From an uncultured Prevotellaceae bacterium (GTDB taxonomy: Bacteria > Bacteroidota > Bacteroidia > Bacteroidales > Bacteroidaceae), in contig CAMVKN010000003.1 of NCBI GenBank assembly GCA_947168045.1, positions 29,071 through 93,070 of the forward strand: 64,000 nucleotides of DNA, given 5' to 3'. Below are positions 36,599 through 45,801 of this stretch, piece after piece. The translations under genes and the position numbers were made by a program. The notes beneath the pieces are model-generated. The model saw only the letters and a program-made list of their open reading frames with translations. It had not been told where the DNA came from and ran no database searches. The stretch's first letter is position 1. Every line of letters starts with the position of its first letter.

Positions 36599-38044
36599 AT
36601 GAACAAGTATCTCTATGGAGCTGCCGTGCAAGGCATTCAAGACTTCATTTTCAAGACCAACGAACTGACGCACATAGTCGGTGCCAGTGAATTGGTAGAG
36701 CAGATTTGCACTTCTGCTTTCGATGAGTTTGCTAAGGACGGTGAATCTATTGTACGCGCAGCGGGAAACATCAAGTTTGTTTTTAATCGTGAGGAAGACT
36801 GTAGAAAGGCTGTTCGCGAGTTCCCCCAAAAAGTAATGAGCATGGCTCCAGGCATTATCATCAGCCAGGCAGTTGTCTTGGCAGATGCAGACTTCGGTAA
36901 GGCTGTTGATAAATTGGAGGTATTACTGAAAGTGCAGCGTAACACACCCCCGCGCAATGTTACTCTTGGATTGTTGGGAGTAAAAAGAGCCAACAGTACA
37001 GGATTACCGGTTGTCAAGATTGACGAAAGCATTTATAAGGACGAACCCACGGTGCAAAAAGAATGTTACCAAAATAGGACGAAGCTGTGCAAGAAGAGTT
37101 TTGGAGACATTGTAATCTCAAAAGGTGCTTTCGCCTATGATATTAAGGACATCACTGGCAAGAATGACTGGATAGCCGTTATCCATGCTGACGGCAATGG
37201 AGTAGGAAAAATCGTTCAGGCCGTCGGTAAGAACAAAGATATATTCCAGAATTTCTCTTTACAGTTGGACATGGCGACTTCAGAGGCAGCACAGATGGCA
37301 TTTAATGCAGTTAAGGATCGCTTCAGCGACAAGAAAGTGATTCCCATTCGTCCTGTTGTTCTAAGTGGCGATGATATGACGGTAATCATTCGTGGTGACT
37401 TGGCTCTTGACTACACCAATGCCTTTATCAGGGCTTTTGAAGAAAAAACACGAGAGCATTTAGGCAATATCTTGAGGGGGCAAGAGGTGTTTGCCTCGGG
37501 TGAAGATTGCCTGACGGCTTGTGCCGGTATAGCTTTCATCAAGTCGTCCTATCCATTCTATTACGGTTATCAGTTGGCTGAAGAGCTATGCAGCCATGCG
37601 AAGAAAGACACAAAAGCCATCTATGGTGCCACCTCAAATCACTTGCCTCCTTCCTGTCTGCTGTTTCACAAGGTTCAAGACAGCTTTATCATCAACTACG
37701 ATGATATAGTCAAAAGAGAACTCACGGCTCAAGGTGGGTTGTCCTTCAAAGCAGGTCCTTACTACACCTCTCCACAGGCTGGCAAAAAGACTGTCGATGA
37801 CCTCTTTGATGCCAGCAAGTTGCTTGTCAGTGAAAATGGAGACGGCATCAAGTCGGGCATCAGAAATTGGATTTCGTTGCGGCTTGAAGATGAGAATAAA
37901 GCTGCTCAGCGAAGGGAGCGGATGCTCCAAGTCTTCACAGATGCTACCGTTGTCAAGCAACTGACCTGTGAGGAGGACAAACGCTGTATGGCTTACGACG
38001 TCTTGGCATATAACACCATCATGAACCAACAAACAAATGAATAA
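36599..38044 (+). CDS. cas10: Cas10-like cyclase/palm subunit, short form without HD domain
   Basis: N-terminus AVQGIQDFIFKTNELTHIVGASEL is Cas10/Cmr2-like. Palm motifs IAVIHADGNGVG, VVLSGDDMTVI (SGDD at 37364-37375) and ACAGIAFIKSSYPF. Only 481 aa, with no H-D dyad N-terminal domain. Confidence 0.75.
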   Translation: MNKYLYGAAVQGIQDFIFKTNELTHIVGASELVEQICTSAFDEFAKDGESIVRAAGNIKFVFNREEDCRKAVREFPQKVMSMAPGIIISQAVVLADADFGKAVDKLEVLLKVQRNTPPRNVTLGLLGVKRANSTGLPVVKIDESIYKDEPTVQKECYQNRTKLCKKSFGDIVISKGAFAYDIKDITGKNDWIAVIHADGNGVGKIVQAVGKNKDIFQNFSLQLDMATSEAAQMAFNAVKDRFSDKKVIPIRPVVLSGDDMTVIIRGDLALDYTNAFIRAFEEKTREHLGNILRGQEVFASGEDCLTACAGIAFIKSSYPFYYGYQLAEELCSHAKKDTKAIYGATSNHLPPSCLLFHKVQDSFIINYDDIVKRELTAQGGLSFKAGPYYTSPQAGKKTVDDLFDASKLLVSENGDGIKSGIRNWISLRLEDENKAAQRRERMLQVFTDATVVKQLTCEEDKRCMAYDVLAYNTIMNQQTNE

Positions 38045-38047
38045 GGT

Positions 38048-38590
38048 ATGAAAACAATCAAATACGAAATCGTGTTCTTCTCCCATTGGCATTGTGGCTC
38101 TGGTTTAGCTGCGGGGGCAGATGTTGATGCGCTGGTCATTAAAGACGAAGATGGGCTACCCTATGTTCCTGGGCGCACCTTGAAAGGATTACTCCGTGAT
38201 GCCGCAACTGACCTTGAAAGTGATCAGGAGACTATCAATCAACTATTTGGTGTTTCAGGTGACGAAGAGAAGCACCATGCAAGTAAATCATTCTTTGGCA
38301 ATGCCGTCCTGCCTGCTGCTGAAAGAGCTTATATCACTGAACAGAAGCTACAATCCCATCTGTTTCAATCCTTTGCTTCCACAAAGATTGATGAAAACGG
38401 CATTGCGAAAGACCATTCTCTAAGAAAGATAGAAACTGTTGTTCCTTGTAAGTTGGAAGGTGAAATCGTCAATGTGCCAGACCATGCTGAAAGGATTTTG
38501 GAAGACGCTATGCACTTCATCAAGCGAATAGGAACAGGCAGAAATCGCGGTTTTGGCCGTTGTAAGGTAACAATTAGAAAGGAGGCTTGA
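38048..38590 (+). CDS. cas7: Cas7 (Csm3/Cmr4-like RAMP)
   Basis: HCGSGLAAGADVDALVIKDEDGLPYVPGRTLKGLLRDA, plus the C-terminal G-rich loop RIGTGRNRGFGRC. Confidence 0.7.
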   Translation: MKTIKYEIVFFSHWHCGSGLAAGADVDALVIKDEDGLPYVPGRTLKGLLRDAATDLESDQETINQLFGVSGDEEKHHASKSFFGNAVLPAAERAYITEQKLQSHLFQSFASTKIDENGIAKDHSLRKIETVVPCKLEGEIVNVPDHAERILEDAMHFIKRIGTGRNRGFGRCKVTIRKEA

Positions 38591-38591
38591 T

Positions 38592-40025
38592 ATGACAAAG
38601 ACAATGAAATTCAAATGCACCCTTGAGTCTGACATCGTTTTAAGCCAGACGTCAAGCAGCGTGGGCAATCTGCAATCTCTCGACTTTATCCCTGGCAACA
38701 ATTTCCTGGGCATAGCAGCCAGTCGATTATATCAAGATGGTTCCTTTGAATCGTTAGAGCTTTTCCATTCTGGTAAAGTGCGTTTCGGCGATGCTCACCC
38801 TTCTGTTGGCGGCATCAGAGGTCTGAAGGTGCCCGCCTCCATGTATTACCCCAAACTGGGCTCAGCCAGCGAAGAGTGCTATATTCATCATCTGACCGAT
38901 TATAATAGTACAGACATCAAAGCCAAGCAGCTTAAGCAGTGCCGTTATGGTTTTTACTCCTTTGATGAGAAAAAAGGCTCACTTGTTGATGTTCAGAAGA
39001 ATCTCACCATCAAGACGGCGTATGACGAAGAACACCGTCGCAGCAAGGATGGGCTACTTTTCTGCTACGAATCATTGTGCAAAGGACTGGTACTGTATTT
39101 TGAAGTTGAGTCTGAACTTGACGAGAAGCAGAATAAACGAATTGCCGATGCTCTTTGTGGTAAGCGACACATCGGTCACTCACGCTCCGCAGAATTTGGA
39201 GCAGTCGTCATTGAAGAGTCTCCTTACGAGGAAACGTTGTCATCAAAGTCTGACACAACAATGGATGAAGCAACCGTCTATGCTGATGGCCGCCTGATAT
39301 TCCTTGACGAGAACGGCGAGCCAACTTTCCAACCAACGGCAAAAGATCTTGGCTTTGATGGTGGTACCATTGACTGGTCTAAGAGCCAGATACGCACTTT
39401 TCAGTATGCGCCTTGGAATGGAAGGCGTCACAGTTATGAAGCTGAACGGTGTGGCATTGAGAAGGGCAGCGTGTTTGTAATAAAGCTGAACGGTGCTTCC
39501 TGTCCGGAAAAGAGTCAGTATATCGGAGCCTATAGGAATGAGGGCTTTGGCAAGGTTATCTATAATCCTGTTTTCCTCAAAGCTGACGAGCATGGAAGGG
39601 CTTTTTGCGTATTGGAGAAAAAGTCAACAGAAAAACACGTGCAGGTAAACACTCCGAGACCCGATTCACCATTGATTGATTTCCTGTCACAAACGAAGCA
39701 ATCAGCTGAATGCCAGCAGACAGTATATCAAATAGTGCAGGACGAGGCGGCACAGCTTGAACCCTATTTTAAAAAAGGACGTTTCGCCTCTCAGTGGGGA
39801 TCAATTCGCAGTCTGGCCATGATAGCTTCCAACAGTAAACAGCTTATCGAACTTATCGACTCTTACCTAGACCATGGCGTGGCCAAGGAAAAATGGGAAG
39901 AGCGAAGCCGAAAGAAGCGTCTTGATGACTTTATGAATGAAAACCAGGATAACGACCTGATAAACATCATGGTCAACTTGGCATCAGTGATGGCAAAGAA
40001 ATGTAAAGCAAGAGAGGAGGATTAA
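38592..40025 (+). CDS. csx10: Csx10-like Cas5 RAMP with Cas11-sized helical C-terminal tail
   Basis: LDFIPGNNFLGIAASRLY at the N-terminus, and the G-rich loop GAYRNEGFGKVIYNP at residues ~313-325. Residues ~358-477 are predicted helical. There is no stand-alone cas11 in the locus. Confidence 0.6.
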   Translation: MTKTMKFKCTLESDIVLSQTSSSVGNLQSLDFIPGNNFLGIAASRLYQDGSFESLELFHSGKVRFGDAHPSVGGIRGLKVPASMYYPKLGSASEECYIHHLTDYNSTDIKAKQLKQCRYGFYSFDEKKGSLVDVQKNLTIKTAYDEEHRRSKDGLLFCYESLCKGLVLYFEVESELDEKQNKRIADALCGKRHIGHSRSAEFGAVVIEESPYEETLSSKSDTTMDEATVYADGRLIFLDENGEPTFQPTAKDLGFDGGTIDWSKSQIRTFQYAPWNGRRHSYEAERCGIEKGSVFVIKLNGASCPEKSQYIGAYRNEGFGKVIYNPVFLKADEHGRAFCVLEKKSTEKHVQVNTPRPDSPLIDFLSQTKQSAECQQTVYQIVQDEAAQLEPYFKKGRFASQWGSIRSLAMIASNSKQLIELIDSYLDHGVAKEKWEERSRKKRLDDFMNENQDNDLINIMVNLASVMAKKCKAREED

Positions 40026-41407
40026 TGATGAAAAATCAATATCGTTTTCTGGCCCGAGTCATTATCGAGGCCAAGTCGCCACTCAATATCGGCAGTGGCA
40101 ATAGAGGCATCAAAAGCGATTCTCTCGTTTTGAGAGATGTCAACGGATTGCCGTTTATCCCTGGAACCACGCTGGCAGGCTTGTTACGGCATGCCCTTGG
40201 AAAAGACAATGACCGACTGATGGGGAGTCAGCAGATGGGCTCGCCGTTAATCATTACCGAAGCCAAGATGCTCAACTGTGATGGAACTGTACTCGACGGC
40301 ATACTGCCGCAAGCCCAGCTTAACAGTCCTTTCCTTGCTCATTTTCGTCATCTGCCCATTCGTCAGCACGCTAAGATTGGCCATCGGGGCTCAACAGTAA
40401 ATGGCGGCAAGTTCGATGAGGAAATAGTGTTAAAAGGTGCACGCTTCTGCTTTGAGATGGAGATGCTTTCTGCTACTGACGATGACACAGATTTCAAGTG
40501 TCTACTCAACATCTTGGCTTCACCAACCTTCCGCATAGGCTCTGGCAGCCGTTCTGGCTTTGGAGAAGTAGAAGTTGTGGACGAACTATGCCGATACAAG
40601 AAGATTGACTTTAGTGTGGCTGCCCAAAGAAACTGGTATCTTCAGAAATCTTCCTCACTGAGTGAAGAGTGGAAAGATGCTGAGACTATTGAACTGGACA
40701 AAAAGAATGAAGAGGGATGGACAACATATGACTTACAGCTCAGTCCTGTTGACTTCATGCTGTTTGGTTCCGGCTTGGGCAACGACAAAGCAGACATGAC
40801 CTTTGTCAGGGAAACTTTCATTGATTGGTCTGGTGATTTTGCTCAAGTTAGAGACCACGAAAGCGTTGTGCTCATTCCAGCTTCTTCGGTCAAAGGTGCA
40901 CTCTCTCACCGCTTAGCATTCCATTACAACAAACTGACCAAAAAGTTTGCCGACACCTTAGCCGACGGGGAAAGCATAACAGACTATACAGGTAAGAACA
41001 ATGCAGCAGTAAAAGCAATATTCGGTTCAGAAGGTGACAAAGGGCAGGACGGAAAAGTTCAGAACAAACAGCGTGGTCGTGTGCTGATGTCTGACATTAT
41101 CGAAGAAGCGTCATTTTCAACCAAGGTCTTAAATCACGTGTCTATCGACCGTTTTACAGGCGGTGCAATTGACGGTGCGCTCTTCGATGAAGAAACACTT
41201 TATGCCAAAGGCTACTCTTTTGGCATGAAACTCATGGTAGACAATGAAGCCTTCATAGGTAACGACCTGGTTAAGACAGCCTTTGAGGATGCATTGAAAG
41301 ACTTATGCTCAGGGATGCTGCCGCTTGGTGGTGGCGTCAATCGTGGCAATGGATGTTTTGAAGGTACAATTAAACGAAATGGAGAACTGATTTATGGAAA
41401 CAATTAA
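40025..41407 (+). CDS. cas7: Double Cas7 fusion (Cas7-2x)
   Basis: Two RAMP cores. Core 1: NIGSGNRGIKSDSLVLRDVNGLPFIPGTTLAGLLRHA + RIGSGSRSGFGEV. Core 2: LIPASSVKGALSHRL + SIDRFTGGAIDGALFDEE + LPLGGGVNRGNGCF. Confidence 0.75.
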   Translation: MMKNQYRFLARVIIEAKSPLNIGSGNRGIKSDSLVLRDVNGLPFIPGTTLAGLLRHALGKDNDRLMGSQQMGSPLIITEAKMLNCDGTVLDGILPQAQLNSPFLAHFRHLPIRQHAKIGHRGSTVNGGKFDEEIVLKGARFCFEMEMLSATDDDTDFKCLLNILASPTFRIGSGSRSGFGEVEVVDELCRYKKIDFSVAAQRNWYLQKSSSLSEEWKDAETIELDKKNEEGWTTYDLQLSPVDFMLFGSGLGNDKADMTFVRETFIDWSGDFAQVRDHESVVLIPASSVKGALSHRLAFHYNKLTKKFADTLADGESITDYTGKNNAAVKAIFGSEGDKGQDGKVQNKQRGRVLMSDIIEEASFSTKVLNHVSIDRFTGGAIDGALFDEETLYAKGYSFGMKLMVDNEAFIGNDLVKTAFEDALKDLCSGMLPLGGGVNRGNGCFEGTIKRNGELIYGNN

Positions 41408-41789
41408 TATCAAGAGCTGTGAGGGCTATCTTTGGTGGAGCGACCAGCAGAATCCCCAAGTTTATCATAATGAGGCTTTAGACATTTGTCTGGACGAAAC
41501 AAAAAATCCTTTTGTTGTGGAAGGACAACTATACGACGGAGAATGTGGCCAATCTTACAGCATCAAATATGTCGATGGCCAATACCTTATTAAGGTATAT
41601 AAAGTAGCGGATAGGGATTTCTCGAATCCAGATAACGAGCAAAAAGCCTTTTTATCAAACAGAATGGCTGGCCGTTGGCTGAAATTTTTGCGCTATTGGG
41701 AAGAGAAAAAAGATGAGAACTGTATGGGTATGCCCGTGTTGACATTTACCAAGAACGTATTTGTAGGATTTAAAGAAAAGGAGGATTAA
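41394..41789 (+). CDS. Csx19-like small subunit candidate
   Basis: 131 aa. Sits between cas7-2x and cas7-insertion, the slot csx19 occupies in type III-D variant loci. No motif-level confirmation is possible by eye. Confidence 0.4.
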   Translation: METINIKSCEGYLWWSDQQNPQVYHNEALDICLDETKNPFVVEGQLYDGECGQSYSIKYVDGQYLIKVYKVADRDFSNPDNEQKAFLSNRMAGRWLKFLRYWEEKKDENCMGMPVLTFTKNVFVGFKEKED

Positions 41790-41791
41790 AT

Positions 41792-44149
41792 ATGATTAGA
41801 GCACCATTTAACTTTGTGCCGCTGAATGATAGGCCATATTTGCCTGGATGGGCAGACCAGATATCACATGATATGCCTTTTAATGATGGTGTTTGTGGGA
41901 AAATACGGTTGCGCTTAATTGCGGAGACCCCCATGTTCATTGGTGATAAAGTTCCTGATGACAACACCGTGCCATGCGAGTTTTGCCATGTTCAGGACAC
42001 ATCAGGCAATAAGCGTTATTTCATCCCAGGTTCTTCAATTAAAGGAATGTTGCGTAGCGTGATGGAAATTCTCTCTTATGGCAAGATGACCCAAGTGCAG
42101 AATCAGAGTTTTGGTATCCGTGACTTGAGTAATAGTACTGATGGCGAATTCTATCGCGATAAAGTGAAGGTCGATAAAGTACATTGTGGATGGCTTAGAA
42201 TAGATGAAGAAGGCTATCAGCTGAATGATTGTGGTCTGCCCTGGCGAATCTCCGCAGAAGAGATAGACCGGAAGTATCATATTGGCTTGATGAGTTTTAT
42301 CAAAGAGAAAAGTCATTTCAAATCTGATGACAATAAAACTGCTCAAAAAAAATACTCGCTGTTCCATGCCTATGGTGAAGACAGTCTGCTCACTGACTAT
42401 TTTGAACCAACGAGTATTCCTGGCATTAATGCTGGCGGTAGAAAGTTTGTTCGTTTTGGTAGTGGCGGAATGGTAGGAACAATTGTGTTTACAGGACAGC
42501 CTGGTCCTCGACAGAAGAAATACAATGATAGAAAGAAAAAAGAAGTTTCTTCTGGAAAACTATTTGAGTTCGTATTCCCATCTCAGCTTGAGAAGACTAA
42601 TATACCTGTTCCGGAACGTGTATTCAAAGAGTTCGATTCAATACATCAGAACTCTGCTGACTATATCAATTTCCGTAAGAAGCAACTTCGAAAAGGTGAA
42701 GAGATTCCTGTCTTCTTCATATATAACGAAAACGGAGAAATTGATACTATGGGAATCTCATATATGTATAAATTCCCTGCATACAATAAGGTCTACAATG
42801 CTATTCCTTTGTCGCTGCTTGACAAGAGCATCCAAGACTTGAGTGAGTGTATATTTGGCTTCACTGATAAAGGTAACTCTTTGAAGGGACGTGTTCAGTT
42901 TTCTTCAGCCGTTCTTTGTGGAGAACCGTCATTCCATGATGAGGTCAAACTGGCATTGGCATCACCACATCCGTCTTACTATCCTCTTTATCTTGGCAAG
43001 GGTCAGACGTGGAATACTAACAATATCAGAATTGCAGGACGAAAGAGGTATCCTGTCAGAGATAAAGCTGATATATTACAAAACGAAGGGACTGACAAGA
43101 TGAGTCGCATCATACGCCCTTTGAATGCCGGAGTTACCTTCGAAGGTGATGTTTGTTTTTTCAATTTGCGTCCCATTGAATTAGGGGCACTCATCTCCGC
43201 TATTGATTTCTGTCAACATGAAGAGTGTTCACATAATATAGGCCAAGGAAAACCTTTGGGATACGGAAAAGTAAAACTGACTGTGGTGGATAGTCTGGTG
43301 AAAGGTGTTCAGAATGATGACGTGTCTTTTTCTATGGAACAGGCAAGAAAATCTTTCATCTGTGAGATGGAAAAACAATTTCCTGGATGGTCAACATCGC
43401 CACAAATGAAAGAACTCTTTGCCATGGCCAAAGGTATTCCTTCCGATAAAACTTCCTTATTCAAATTCATGAAGATGTCTACCACAGGTGAAGATAACGA
43501 ATTCAAACAAGGTTTAAACGCTTACTCACAAGGAGAACAACTCGGAACTTTTACACAGATTCTTTTAGGAAATGTTCCTCGAACCAAACAACTATCAAAT
43601 GTTTCAGTAGATGCAAAGCGCGAAGATGTGGAAGCACAATTAGCCAAAGAGCTAGAGAAAAAGGAACAGGCATTGGCCAGGGCACAGGAAGAACAAAAGC
43701 AGAATGTATATTTTGGCCTCCTCTCAGATGCCCGTCAGGCTTTGATAGACAGAATATGGGATGTATCTCTATCAAAGATAGAGAGGGCCATCAATCTTTA
43801 TCCAGAGAGCCGAGATGCTATTGATCTTAAAGCACAGATTCTCAAAGAAAAGGATTTGACAGATTATCAAAAACAGCAGAAAGCAGAGGCATTACAGAAA
43901 TTCAGCCAGCCTCTATCCGAGGTCATCAAGGGCAAGACTTCTGCAGGCAACTTGGTAGGGACAACTGTGAAATGGCTGAAAGGTGAAGCTCATTATTTTG
44001 GACAAGCAGAGCAAGCAGCATTTATTGCAGAAGCCCAGAATCTGAATGCAGAAGAGAGAAAGAAACTGAAAAGCAAACTTTCTGACCTATCGAAAGTTGC
44101 TGACAAAGAATGTGTTAAACAGCTAAAAAATGAATTAGGAATAGAATAA
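41792..44149 (+). CDS. cas7: Large RAMP (Cas7 with insertion, TIGR03986-like) plus ~285-aa C-terminal extension
   Basis: N-terminus APFNFVPL, YFIPGSSIKGMLRSV, and the G-rich loop IGQGKPLGYGKVKL at residues ~483-496. Residues ~500-785 are Lys/Glu/Gln-rich and helical. Confidence 0.7.
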   Translation: MIRAPFNFVPLNDRPYLPGWADQISHDMPFNDGVCGKIRLRLIAETPMFIGDKVPDDNTVPCEFCHVQDTSGNKRYFIPGSSIKGMLRSVMEILSYGKMTQVQNQSFGIRDLSNSTDGEFYRDKVKVDKVHCGWLRIDEEGYQLNDCGLPWRISAEEIDRKYHIGLMSFIKEKSHFKSDDNKTAQKKYSLFHAYGEDSLLTDYFEPTSIPGINAGGRKFVRFGSGGMVGTIVFTGQPGPRQKKYNDRKKKEVSSGKLFEFVFPSQLEKTNIPVPERVFKEFDSIHQNSADYINFRKKQLRKGEEIPVFFIYNENGEIDTMGISYMYKFPAYNKVYNAIPLSLLDKSIQDLSECIFGFTDKGNSLKGRVQFSSAVLCGEPSFHDEVKLALASPHPSYYPLYLGKGQTWNTNNIRIAGRKRYPVRDKADILQNEGTDKMSRIIRPLNAGVTFEGDVCFFNLRPIELGALISAIDFCQHEECSHNIGQGKPLGYGKVKLTVVDSLVKGVQNDDVSFSMEQARKSFICEMEKQFPGWSTSPQMKELFAMAKGIPSDKTSLFKFMKMSTTGEDNEFKQGLNAYSQGEQLGTFTQILLGNVPRTKQLSNVSVDAKREDVEAQLAKELEKKEQALARAQEEQKQNVYFGLLSDARQALIDRIWDVSLSKIERAINLYPESRDAIDLKAQILKEKDLTDYQKQQKAEALQKFSQPLSEVIKGKTSAGNLVGTTVKWLKGEAHYFGQAEQAAFIAEAQNLNAEERKKLKSKLSDLSKVADKECVKQLKNELGIE

Positions 44150-44151
44150 TT

Positions 44152-45783
44152 ATGGCAAAAGTTTTAATATCATTTCTTGGAACAGGTTCTTTCGCGTCAA
44201 AAGAAACGCGGACTTATCGAACTGCCAACTATCATATGGGAGAGCAAGTTCTTGGGGACTATCCATTTATATCTGCAGCACTAAGGAAGCATTACGTCAT
44301 TGATCGCATTCTGCTCGTAGGAACAGTTCATTCTATGTGGGAAGAGGTTTATAGGTGGTTTTGCGAGGATAGTAAACAGATGATAGACGAAGACGCCTAT
44401 ATATCTATTGCTGATACTTGCGAGAATACAAATTATCTTTCAGAACTTTCCATACCTCACAAAGATCTAATTGAGCAAGCTATGGGTGGTGACTCTAAGG
44501 TGGTGCTTATAAAATACGGTCTTGATGAAGAGGAAATTAAGACTAACACAGATATCATATTAGGGCTACAGAAATACCTGCGAAATGGCGATGAACTTAT
44601 AGTGGATGTTACGCATTCCTTTCGTTCCCTACCATTGTTCATGATGAATCTGCTAATCTATCTAAAGAATGTCTGCCAAAAAAAGATTTCCCTCACGCAT
44701 ATCCACTATGGGATGCTGGATATCAGCAAAGAATTGGGGTATGCACCAATTATTGATTTGAAATCAATGATGGACGTAAATGATTGGATTACTGGTGCAT
44801 ATTCTTTTTCGGAGTTTGGGAATGCATATAAGATATCGAAACTTGTTGAAGGTGAAGATAGAAATGTATCGACATTACTTGTAGAATTCTCCAATCTGAT
44901 GAATCTAAATCATCTGCATGCCATTCAAAAGATTGCCCAGCGATTAGCATCCATCAAGAACAATAACTACCTAACGCTCATTCCAGAACTGACTATAACT
45001 CCAATTGTCCAATCCTTTATCAGTCAGTTTGGAGTTGGGGACACTCATTCTCTCTTTCAGTTGAAAGTAGCACGCTGGCAGCTTGACCATCGGAAGTACG
45101 CACAAGCCTTCCTCACTGCACAGGAATCAATGATTACTTATGTATGTGAACAAAATAAATGGGAATGGGACAATTTTGATATGCGTGAAAAAGCAAAAGC
45201 TTTACTTTCTTATCAATTTATACCTGGGGCAAGATGCGACAAGAGCTTAAGGAAGTTATATCAAAACTTAAAACCACTCAGGAATTGTACTGCCCATTCT
45301 ATTGAGACGACAAAGAATGTACCAGAGATGATAAGGATACTAAATACTTGTATTTCAAGTATAGAATTGATTATTTCTCAACCAAACGAGATTAGACGCA
45401 AGCCCGTTGATGACACTCGCAAACGGATACTAATCAATTATAGTAATCATCCATCTCAAGAATGGTATATCAACCAGCTTGAGGCAGCAAAAGAATTCGG
45501 GGAAATAATAGACCTTCCTTTCCCCAATATATCCCCAAGCGCAAGTGAGAAAGATTTGAAATCCGTTGTTAATCAGTCTATACAAAAGATAACGTCAATG
45601 GATAAAGCAAACAGCATAACCGTCCATATCATGGGCGAAATGACATTCACTTTTGCGGTGGTCACCCGGCTTAAGGAATTGGGTATACGCTGCGTGGCAT
45701 CCACCACTGAGCGGAAAACAACCTACAACGATGATGGGACCAAGCTGTCGGAGTTCTCTTTTGTGAGGTTTCGCGAGTATTAA
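44152..45783 (+). CDS. csx1: CARF-HEPN Csx1-family effector fused to an extra C-terminal Rossmann-like (Csx20-like?) domain
   Basis: CARF N-terminus KVLISFLGTG and DxTHG-type IVDVTHSFRSLP. HEPN Rx4H = RNCTAH at 45280-45297. Extra domain is at ~45424-45780 (RILINYSNHP...HIMGEMTFTFAVV...ASTTER). Confidence 0.75.
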   Translation: MAKVLISFLGTGSFASKETRTYRTANYHMGEQVLGDYPFISAALRKHYVIDRILLVGTVHSMWEEVYRWFCEDSKQMIDEDAYISIADTCENTNYLSELSIPHKDLIEQAMGGDSKVVLIKYGLDEEEIKTNTDIILGLQKYLRNGDELIVDVTHSFRSLPLFMMNLLIYLKNVCQKKISLTHIHYGMLDISKELGYAPIIDLKSMMDVNDWITGAYSFSEFGNAYKISKLVEGEDRNVSTLLVEFSNLMNLNHLHAIQKIAQRLASIKNNNYLTLIPELTITPIVQSFISQFGVGDTHSLFQLKVARWQLDHRKYAQAFLTAQESMITYVCEQNKWEWDNFDMREKAKALLSYQFIPGARCDKSLRKLYQNLKPLRNCTAHSIETTKNVPEMIRILNTCISSIELIISQPNEIRRKPVDDTRKRILINYSNHPSQEWYINQLEAAKEFGEIIDLPFPNISPSASEKDLKSVVNQSIQKITSMDKANSITVHIMGEMTFTFAVVTRLKELGIRCVASTTERKTTYNDDGTKLSEFSFVRFREY

Positions 45784-45801
45784 CCAAACACGTCTTAGCC
45801 T

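Noticed and set aside
35911-45783. Possibility that the locus is type III-E (single gRAMP/Cas7-11) or a type IV system.
   Set aside because: The RAMP domains are spread over four separate genes, a Cas10-like palm protein is present, and there is no TPR-CHAT, Csf or DinG-type gene set.
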